Program-made: the position numbers and the translations under genes
Part shown: one piece after another, positions 26,876 to 33,704 of the stretch
How the letters are laid out: each line of letters opens with the position of its first letter
How positions within the stretch are numbered: position 1 is the first letter of the stretch
IMG/VR virus record: IMGVR_UViG_3300011102_000109
Location: 1 to 35,697 of that record
Length of the DNA: 35,697 bases
From: a virus
Lineage: Duplodnaviria; Caudoviricetes
Reading direction: 5' to 3' (one strand)
Notes under the pieces: model-generated
Database searches by the model: none
The model's input: only the letters and a program-made list of their open reading frames with translations
Told to the model about the DNA's origin: nothing

Positions 26876-27234
26876 TATTTCTCTATTGACAATAATTTAT
26901 AAGTCAAAAGAAAATTCTTACCAGAATAGATATTCAATTCCGGATTTATTTTAATTTTCTTTTTACTCTTACCACTTTTAAGAATTAATTTCTCCTTTTC
27001 TACTCTAGTCAACATGTTTCTAACAGTCTGAGTAGATTTGAATATTTTTTTATTATAGATATCATTACAAAAACTAGTCAAGTCTGTTTCACCAGCTTTG
27101 ACTAATTCTAATAAGCAGTTTAAATCAGCTTCACTAATTCTGATATTTTTTAAAAAACAATACGTCAAAATCTGAAACTTTATAATAGTTTCATGATCTA
27201 TGACAGTCTTTTTTTCAATTTGATTTATTACCAT
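26875..27234 (-). CDS. Winged helix-turn-helix protein (about 119 aa)
   Basis: 'KSTQTVRNMLTRVEKEKLILK' recognition helix plus wing. Start moved to ATG 27234 because the longer version overlaps the tRNA. Confidence 0.6.
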   Translation of the reverse strand: MVINQIEKKTVIDHETIIKFQILTYCFLKNIRISEADLNCLLELVKAGETDLTSFCNDIYNKKIFKSTQTVRNMLTRVEKEKLILKSGKSKKKIKINPELNIYSGKNFLLTYKLLSIEK

Positions 27235-27258
27235 TTCTTCACAGAAACTTTTATCTTG

Positions 27259-27329
27259 TTGCGGGAAATGGAGTCGAACCATTCTCAGAAAGGCTTATGA
27301 GACCTTCCGGATCACCGGATCTTCCCACA
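27259..27329 (-). tRNA. tRNA-Met(CAT), atypical D region, CCA not encoded
   Basis: Acceptor TGTGGGA/TCCCGCA, anticodon arm AAGGT-CTCATAA-GCCTT, T arm AATGG-TTCGACT-CCATT, discriminator A followed by CAA. Confidence 0.8.
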
Positions 27330-27464
27330 ATATTAAACCTCCTTTTGGGTGAAATCCACCAAATTCAGCTAGAGGTTTGTGAGTTCTAAGAACAAGCTTC
27401 CGTTCACGTCATAAGACTAACGGATGTCGAATAGTGCTCATCTTCGACCTCCTCATCAATACTC

Positions 27465-27734
27465 TTACACCTTAACCATTTCAGGTTGAGAACTCTCCTT
27501 CTCATTTTCTTTCTCAACTTCATCAGACGATTGTCCTGACTCCTCACCTTCTTCAAGATGCTTTGTAATGTAAGCTATCTTAGCTATAGACTCTAATTCA
27601 TCAGCTCTATACTTAGCTACCTCTGATTGTAGCTTTTGTAGTTCAGCCCTCTTCTTCCAGATTTTAATAGCAATGTCTAAATCTTGAGTCGTAGGACGAA
27701 CTTCTTCTTTCAAGTTGGGTGTGTTATTATTCAT
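27465..27734 (-). CDS. Hypothetical coiled-coil protein, 89 aa
   Basis: Intact ORF directly downstream of a promoter-motif copy. Confidence 0.65.
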   Translation of the reverse strand: MNNNTPNLKEEVRPTTQDLDIAIKIWKKRAELQKLQSEVAKYRADELESIAKIAYITKHLEEGEESGQSSDEVEKENEKESSQPEMVKV

Positions 27735-27741
27735 AGTTGTT

Positions 27742-27756
27742 TATATTATAATATAC
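27742..27756 (-). promoter_or_regulatory. Candidate late promoter, copy 3 (1 mismatch)
   Basis: + strand TATATTATAATATAC, 7 nt from ATG 27734, downstream of a terminator. Confidence 0.55.
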
Positions 27757-27831
27757 TTATTAAGTTTAACTTTTCCAAATTTAAATTTGAGAGTTTAAAC
27801 TCTAAAATATAGTTATAGACAGTATACGGAT

Positions 27832-27857
27832 AAAAAAGCCGGTGTGGTTACCGGCTT
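27832..27857 (-). terminator. Rho-independent terminator
   Basis: AAGCCGGT/ACCGGCTT stem plus U-run on the minus strand at the stop of the 69-aa gene. Confidence 0.8.
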
Positions 27858-28065
27858 ATACTAAATGAATACCTTTTTTATGATCGGATGATTCTATATG
27901 TCCTACCGTTGCTTTTTCATCTGAGTATAGTTGTAATGAGTAACTATAATCTTTCGGTAGGATTTTTCTATTGACACATTTGTCAATACTGTTCATAATC
28001 TTCAGTAGCGTTTCATAATCTGTTGATGTAATTCTCAGCTCTAAAGTTTTTTCAGTTTTACTCAT
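27856..28065 (-). CDS. Hypothetical protein, 69 aa
   Basis: Intact ORF in the operon, followed by a terminator. Confidence 0.6.
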   Translation of the reverse strand: MSKTEKTLELRITSTDYETLLKIMNSIDKCVNRKILPKDYSYSLQLYSDEKATVGHIESSDHKKGIHLV

Positions 28066-28074
28066 AACAAATAG

Positions 28075-28410
28075 TTAAGTTTCTTTTATGAAAATGAATT
28101 TTGGATAACTGCCGTAAATATATTTTATGACGTTTCCAAACCATATCTTGAAATCTTGAATTTCAGGTTTTGTAAATAGATATTCAAACCCTGAACCTTT
28201 ACGTTCTATTCTGGTAAGTTTACCAGAACCTGGATATTCACTTAAATATAGTTTCAACGTTACTTCGGATTTTCCTTTACTGTATATCTCTAAAAGTTTT
28301 CCTGTTTCATTTACTATTTCCAAATCTTTTTTATCTCCTGAATAATCTGATAAATCTATAAACCATTTATTACTCTGTGTGTCTTTATAAAATCTAAATT
28401 TCTTCATCAT
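28075..28410 (-). CDS. Hypothetical protein, 111 aa (resembles DUF6717-type proteins)
   Basis: 'FRFYK...KWFIDL..Y.G.K.DLE.V' and 'IWF..V..YIYG.YP..I' pattern, recognised by eye only. Confidence 0.5.
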   Translation of the reverse strand: MMKKFRFYKDTQSNKWFIDLSDYSGDKKDLEIVNETGKLLEIYSKGKSEVTLKLYLSEYPGSGKLTRIERKGSGFEYLFTKPEIQDFKIWFGNVIKYIYGSYPKFIFIKET

Positions 28411-28753
28411 CTATATTTAAGATTTCAATAGTTACGTTAGCCAATCCTTGTTTAAAAAATCCTAATCGTTTAGCAGCTTCTTTACTGACATCTATAATTC
28501 TACCTTTAATAAAAGGTCCTCTATCATTAATGATAACATTTACAGAATCCCCTGTATCATCATTAATGACTCGGACTTCTGTACCAAAAGGAAGTGTCCG
28601 ATGAGCTGCTGTAAATTTGTTTTGTCTAAATATTTCTCCAGAAGCAGTTTTTCTTCCTTCGAACTTATCCGAATAGTAACTTGCTATTCCTTTTTGTTTT
28701 ATAGGAACTAGCATACATAAACCGAATAATAATGCATATACTATCTGATTCAT
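28394..28753 (-). CDS. rlpA: RlpA-family (DPBB) lytic transglycosylase with N-terminal signal/TM segment, 119 aa
   Basis: GIASYY, GRKTASGE, TAAHRTLPFGT, INDRGPF and RIIDVS..AA..LG motifs. The start is probably ATG 28753 because the upstream part is a tRNA-like element. Confidence 0.92.
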   Translation of the reverse strand: MNQIVYALLFGLCMLVPIKQKGIASYYSDKFEGRKTASGEIFRQNKFTAAHRTLPFGTEVRVINDDTGDSVNVIINDRGPFIKGRIIDVSKEAAKRLGFFKQGLANVTIEILNIDDEEI

Positions 28754-28754
28754 G

Positions 28755-28826
28755 CGGAAACAATCGGAATCGAACCGATGAAGATATCTTACAAGACATC
28801 TTCTCTCCCCCAATGAGTATGCTTCC
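28755..28826 (-). ncRNA. tRNA-like RNA with an extended anticodon-position stem and no variable loop
   Basis: Acceptor GGAAGCA/TGTTTCC, TA linker, D arm CTC-ATTGGGG-GAG, 9-bp stem GAAGATGTC-TTGTAA-GATATCTTC, T arm ATCGG-TTCGATT-CCGAT, discriminator G. Confidence 0.7.
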
Positions 28827-28828
28827 AT

Positions 28829-28858
28829 AAAAAAACCTCCCTAAGACTAAGGAGGTTT
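28829..28858 (-). terminator. Terminator-like hairpin
   Basis: AAACCTCC/GGAGGTTT stem followed by a U-run on the minus strand. Confidence 0.65.
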
Positions 28859-29035
28859 AGGTTGAGAAATTACAAAAACATATGAGACACATGACAAGAA
28901 AGGTAATAACAAATCAATGTTCATCATATGTCCGATCTTTAGAGTCGAAATGTTAAACACCAAACAGGAGATTAACATCGAACTGGAAATGCTATTTCCA
29001 GTGATGTCATGCATTATATAAATTTATAATCTATA

Positions 29036-29296
29036 CTACTTGTAGTAGTAATTACCACCACCTATAGTTATAGTATTTGACTCATCCTTATCGGTAGACA
29101 TGTCAGATGATGATGTCAAAGAATAAACTTTCTGATGTTTGTCGTTACTTATTTCTTTTACTTGAAAAGTTGTAACCGGAAACTCAAAGAGTCTCCTTAA
29201 AAGTTTATCTTTTAAATCATCACTGTCTTTGTCAATAATGACTTTAATGCAAGGAACGTTGGATTCATCAACGTCTAGTAAAATTCTGCTTTTCAT
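29036..29296 (-). CDS. Hypothetical protein, 86 aa
   Basis: Intact ORF downstream of a promoter-motif copy. Confidence 0.6.
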   Translation of the reverse strand: MKSRILLDVDESNVPCIKVIIDKDSDDLKDKLLRRLFEFPVTTFQVKEISNDKHQKVYSLTSSSDMSTDKDESNTITIGGGNYYYK

Positions 29297-29340
29297 AGGT
29301 ATATCATTTTTAAATCTTCAGTAAGGGGTTTCCTTATCTG

Positions 29341-29355
29341 GATATAATAATATAC
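29341..29355 (-). promoter_or_regulatory. Candidate late promoter, copy 4 (1 mismatch)
   Basis: + strand GATATAATAATATAC about 44 nt upstream of ATG 29296. Confidence 0.55.
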
Positions 29356-29471
29356 AAAATATTACTGTAATTATGAAATAATACCACGGAACATTTATGA
29401 ACGGAATGTTATTAAATAAAATAACATTGATAATCAGATAATTATGAACTGTTACATTCACAATATCACAT

Positions 29472-29499
29472 AAAAAAAAATCCAGTAGAAACTGGATTT
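29472..29499 (-). terminator. Rho-independent terminator
   Basis: AAATCCAGT/ACTGGATTT stem with a long U-run on the minus strand at the stop of the 205-aa gene. Confidence 0.8.
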
Positions 29500-30115
29500 A
29501 AGAAAACATAAACTGTTTAATATGTTGAGGGTCAGGAGTAAAATCATCCAAAACCCATTCAAATAATCCTATTTTTCCTTTATACTCAATAACTCTACCT
29601 TTATTTTTCTGTCTTGTGATTTTACAAGCTCTATCTAAATTATTGAGTACAGTATTTCTCATTACTGTAAGTTTACTTCTATTCCCTCCAACAGATTCTA
29701 AAATAGAACTGTTCTCTTTTAGAAGTGTATCAAAAATTTCATCTTTACTTAAAAACCTATCTTCTCTTCTAAGTAAATCCTCAATCATATCCAACCACCG
29801 AAACTTCCTTTGTTGTTTCGGTTTTTTATCGTTAAAAGAAGTAGTTCTTAAAATCCTTAACTCTTTATTAGACTTATCATTATTTTTAAACCTACTGAGA
29901 GCTTCTAAGAGAAGTTTATTATCATCTAACTCTTTCTGTAATTTATCAGTCTCTTCTTTTAACATTGTATATAACTCCTCAGCTTCCTTTAAAGGAGTTA
30001 ACTTTTCATTTAACTGATTCATTAACTCAGTTATCTCAGCTTCAATATTTGAAATCAGTTTAGCAGTCTGAGACTCATTTAAAGTTAATGCATAAAAATC
30101 TTTTGAAACCTTCAT
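29498..30115 (-). CDS. Coiled-coil protein with a possible C-terminal winged-helix domain, 205 aa
   Basis: Heptad-rich N-terminal half; C-terminal 'W...IEDLL......LS..EI...L' helix pattern. Confidence 0.55.
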   Translation of the reverse strand: MKVSKDFYALTLNESQTAKLISNIEAEITELMNQLNEKLTPLKEAEELYTMLKEETDKLQKELDDNKLLLEALSRFKNNDKSNKELRILRTTSFNDKKPKQQRKFRWLDMIEDLLRREDRFLSKDEIFDTLLKENSSILESVGGNRSKLTVMRNTVLNNLDRACKITRQKNKGRVIEYKGKIGLFEWVLDDFTPDPQHIKQFMFS

Positions 30116-30734
30116 AACGAACTTATCTTTTAACGTTCAGTACAGGACGCAAGATAAGCCAAATATTATAATAACAGATATAAAATCTATCTGAAACTAT
30201 AATATTCAGGTTTCATATTAAATAAACTGTTAATAACTTTACTGAATGGATATAACATGGGTTATTAACAGCTTTCAGCTGTTTTATGGTTTATCCGGAA
30301 TTTCTTTACCGGGACCTCCTATCTGCTCACCCTTTTACACACAACCGTGTAAAAAGTTTTACAGTAGTTAAGACCGTTTGGAGACATTTCCCTCGGTAGA
30401 CGTTAGGTAAGTCGGGAGTCTATATTTATTTATTTTACCACTCCACGGTTCATCTCATTTACGTGTAAAAACACCTCTACGAGACTATTACCTTTACTTA
30501 ATTCTTATGTTTATTGATGACCCTTCTAAGGTAGACTGAGTCTACCTCACCCCTCACCATTTGACTCAGGTGAGAAGGATACCTTGTACCATGTTTTACT
30601 GTCCCCACCGCACCGTGTACGAGTAACCGGAGTCACCTCTTCAAACCCGTATCGGGAACTTCCCCCTCACTTAGTGACGGGAGGGAACAACTCCAAAGAT
30701 CTAGTAGGAAGATATTTATACCCCCTATTCAGAG

Positions 30735-30749
30735 TATATAATAATATAC
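30735..30749 (-). promoter_or_regulatory. Candidate late promoter, copy 5
   Basis: Exact 15-mer, pointing leftward into about 600 nt with no credible ORF. Confidence 0.6.
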
Positions 30750-31002
30750 CCCCTACTACTAATATAAAATATTTTTCTGTAATAAGAAAATATAATCCTA
30801 GTCATGTTTATAAATCAGTCCATTATAGAGCTATACGGATTCTGGGTTATTTTGAATGGGTCTGTTGGATTTGAAGGAATGGGTTATTTCGGAGGAATGT
30901 GTTGGAGGGTGTGGTGGGGTCCCCCAAACGAATACCCCACCTCACTACTGGGGGAATGGACCCCCTGTTATCATTATTAATTAACTTCTAAAAACTTAAA
31001 GT

Positions 31003-31305
31003 ATGAACACATTCAAACTTCTTCAGGAAGTAGCAGCTAAAGCTGCTGCTCAGAAATTCGGTCAGTTAACGTTAGACCCTGCCACATTACAGGTTATTCC
31101 CTACAGAAGTAATACAAAATATCGGATGGTAGGGTCCGATGGTAAAGTGTACAGCTTCTGGTTGAGTCACATCGAAGAAATCTTCGATGAACTGGAAGAC
31201 GGTAAACTGGCAGTAAAACCATCTGCTAACATCTTAGCGGATGGAACCATCATTAAAGCATCCGATAATCTGCCATCGGATGATGATTGGATTACTGTAT
31301 CGTAA
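31003..31305 (+). CDS. Hypothetical early protein, 100 aa
   Basis: First plus-strand ORF after the strand switch; A-rich leader typical of Bacteroidota and a strong terminator downstream. Confidence 0.75.
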   Translation: MNTFKLLQEVAAKAAAQKFGQLTLDPATLQVIPYRSNTKYRMVGSDGKVYSFWLSHIEEIFDELEDGKLAVKPSANILADGTIIKASDNLPSDDDWITVS

Positions 31306-31314
31306 TCCAATCAG

Positions 31315-31344
31315 AAAGAGAGAGGTGAACCTCTCTCTTTTTTT
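31315..31344 (+). terminator. Rho-independent terminator
   Basis: AAAGAGAGAGG-TGAA-CCTCTCTCTTT plus T-run. Confidence 0.85.
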
Positions 31345-31529
31345 CAAATAAAAGAATAAAAGATTTAGTAATTCCATAAAAAGTCCCATAAAGATGAGAA
31401 AAATACTATTAAAAACATTAACATATATACCATATATAGTATATGTGTCAGTAGTATTTCTGATACTATTAACATATATATTGATAAGTGTTAACCATTA
31501 TTTATAAAATAAAATTAAAATTGAATATT

Positions 31530-31664
31530 ATGGAAAGAGTTATCAATCTGAGAATTAACAATATGAGTAACTTCTTTAGAATTAGAAGTTACCTGATGAG
31601 TAAGTACGTAGTGTACTCTGCTCATTTAAAACACGGAATAGCATCATTCCGTGTAAAGTATTAA
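31530..31664 (+). CDS. Small hypothetical protein, 44 aa (not in the ORF track)
   Basis: MERVINLRINNMSNFFRIRSYLMSKYVVYSAHLKHGIASFRVKY*, with an A-rich leader. Confidence 0.5.
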   Translation: MERVINLRINNMSNFFRIRSYLMSKYVVYSAHLKHGIASFRVKY

Positions 31665-31781
31665 AATGTCTGTTAAAATATTAACAGAAGATTAACAGAA
31701 CTCTAAAACATCAACATATTAATACACGACCGTTCCTCTCAGAAGACAGATAATTTCTATTATCTGTTAGCTTAGTTACTT

Positions 31782-31811
31782 AAACAGGTAGTGTCTACTA
31801 CCTGTTTTTTT
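31782..31811 (+). terminator. Rho-independent terminator
   Basis: AAACAGGTAG/CTACCTGTTT stem plus T-run. Confidence 0.75.
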
Positions 31812-32228
31812 ATCATTATATATGTTATATATGTTACATATTTTTATAATGTATATATATACATGTTGTTTTTTGAGAATGTGTAAGTGGTTGAGAATGA
31901 GGTAATTACCCACCCACCCCTTCTTCCATCTTCATCCATTCCCAAAAAATCGACACAAAACTAAGAGGATGGTCAATAAATAGCTAAATATGATACTATT
32001 ATACATTTCAATGGTTCTTTCATCAGTGTATATCATCTGTAAAGAACCTACAAATAAAAATAATAAATACAGTATTAAATGGATACTGTGTCTATTATTG
32101 TTTGTAATAACGTATTTAATCAAATTAACCATATACTGATTAAACAGTTCGTTGAAGTGGTAAAAAAATCCGCTGTTGTTTCACTTCGATGAACGTAGTA
32201 ATAAAAAAAAACGACAGCGGTGAAAGAT

Positions 32229-32600
32229 ATGGAAATAAAATTAAAAAACATGGATCAACTCTACTCTACTCTAAAGAGTCTGAGTGGAGAACTTGACGTA
32301 GCGGGTTATGATGCTCGTTACGATGGGTATGTGTTCAACGGAGCCGACACTCTATTGGACTGGTTCTTCAAAAATATTACCTTGTTAAAAGCAGGTGTAA
32401 AAGACCTGCTTGTTTCGTTTCCGTGTGCTATTGGAAACTATCACATCAGTAGAGATTATCTATTCATCTCTACTGAAAAAACCACACTAGGTCTACTAGT
32501 TGTGGTTCGAGTAGATCACGGTTTCTACTATAATGGTGGCCGTGACTACTCAAGTGATAGAGTGAAAAAAGAAATCGTGTTTCTACTAAAACACGATTAA
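32229..32600 (+). CDS. Hypothetical early protein (about 123 aa)
   Basis: Intact ORF (ATG 32229; alternative GTG 32220) followed by a hairpin and T-run. Confidence 0.7.
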   Translation: MEIKLKNMDQLYSTLKSLSGELDVAGYDARYDGYVFNGADTLLDWFFKNITLLKAGVKDLLVSFPCAIGNYHISRDYLFISTEKTTLGLLVVVRVDHGFYYNGGRDYSSDRVKKEIVFLLKHD

Positions 32601-32607
32601 ATATTAA

Positions 32608-32645
32608 ATTTCCCGAAATCTACGGAAAGTAGGGAAACTTTTTTT
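32608..32645 (+). terminator. Terminator-like hairpin
   Basis: TTTCCC...CTAC-GGAAA-GTAG-GGAAA pairing followed by a T-run. Confidence 0.55.
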
Positions 32646-32714
32646 CATTTAACAGGTGAACAACACTACCTATATTAAATATTAAAGTGTGTTGTAAAAC
32701 AAAATGTCATTGTT

Positions 32715-32915
32715 ATGTTAGAGTTCGAACATGGATTCATAGCACAAATTTGTGGAAGATCTATACAGCCTGAAGATGTAAAAGCTGTACTTGATCTTGT
32801 AAAACCATATTTATCAGATGAGCAAATATTTGAAATAAATAAAAATGCTCAAGAAATATTTGATGATATGTGTCAAACAGTGTTAAATAATCCAGAAGAT
32901 TTTGGATTAATTTAA
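32715..32915 (+). CDS. Hypothetical acidic protein, 66 aa
   Basis: Intact ORF on the early strand with plausible composition. Confidence 0.6.
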   Translation: MLEFEHGFIAQICGRSIQPEDVKAVLDLVKPYLSDEQIFEINKNAQEIFDDMCQTVLNNPEDFGLI

Positions 32916-32983
32916 AACTAATAGTTGTGGGTAATCTATAAACCCTCATTTTTTTTATTTATTTAAAACCCAACTGGTATAAT

Positions 32984-33220
32984 ATGAAAAATATTTTCAA
33001 AGTAGTACTATCTACTATAGGAATAATAGTAATTTATCATTTTACTATACTATTTCTACTCTCTTTATGGAGTGTTAAATTAATTTACAAAATTAATTTT
33101 GCTGAAATAAATGGAGGAGCAGTAATTATTTACTTTTTATTTCTATTATTTTCAATAATAGGAGGTCAAATATATTTAAGTGAAAACACTGATTTTTATG
33201 ATTTTGATAATCATAAATAA
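32984..33220 (+). CDS. Small two-TM membrane protein, 78 aa
   Basis: Two hydrophobic segments and a basic N-terminus. Confidence 0.6.
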   Translation: MKNIFKVVLSTIGIIVIYHFTILFLLSLWSVKLIYKINFAEINGGAVIIYFLFLLFSIIGGQIYLSENTDFYDFDNHK

Positions 33221-33251
33221 ATTATTAAGTAACTAATAATAATTATTTGAT

Positions 33252-33674
33252 ATGGAAAAATATATTTTAGTATGTTGGCCTGAAAGCCAAATACTAATGG
33301 AACAAGAATGGTTCGATGAATGTATTTTAATGAATGATGAAAATCATTTAGAAGAAATCGGGTCATCTGCATACTTTGTACCCGAAAATAGACATAATGA
33401 ATTACGATTAAATTCATTGAAAAATATAGTAGTAGTATCAAGCAGTTGGGAAAAAGTTGAAATAGGTTATGTCTCAACTTTTGTCAAATTAGATAGAACT
33501 ACCAATGAAGTACTTTCTGTAAAATATCATTGGAATAAAGAATATGGTGGTACTGACAACCCTAAAATCTTTAGATCATTTGAAAGTTTAAATGCTTTTA
33601 TTAATGAAATAATAGATGCTAAAAATGAGTCAGAACTAAATACATTAGAGTCCCAGACTGATGAAGGATCTTAA
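33252..33674 (+). CDS. Hypothetical protein, 140 aa
   Basis: 'YILVCWPESQ.LME..WF' and 'GSSAYFVP' motifs; intact ORF. Confidence 0.7.
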   Translation: MEKYILVCWPESQILMEQEWFDECILMNDENHLEEIGSSAYFVPENRHNELRLNSLKNIVVVSSSWEKVEIGYVSTFVKLDRTTNEVLSVKYHWNKEYGGTDNPKIFRSFESLNAFINEIIDAKNESELNTLESQTDEGS

Positions 33675-33704
33675 ATACAATAACTAACCTTTAAAAAACA
33701 AACA

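Noticed and set aside
27235-27282. N-terminal extension of the 135-aa ORF (likewise 28754-28828 for RlpA)
   Set aside because: These extensions translate tRNA or tRNA-like sequence; the downstream ATGs are more plausible.
11752-30017. Short plus-strand ORFs, and the nested minus-strand ORF 19990-20220, inside late genes
   Set aside because: They overlap well-supported long genes and have implausible composition.
30370-30700. RNase P RNA or tmRNA identity for the large structured tract
   Set aside because: Minus-strand GAGGGGGAAGTTCC only loosely resembles the P4 GAGGAAAGUCC, the 3' P4 strand is missing, and there are no tmRNA-type alanyl acceptor ends.
30584-30874. 96-aa plus-strand ORF
   Set aside because: TTG start, atypical composition, and overlap with the promoter motif and structured region.
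31932-33477. Minus-strand ORFs 31932-32132, 32761-32949 and 33211-33477 (also 35302-35508)
   Set aside because: They are opposite to the local coding strand and are AT-rich or antisense shadows.
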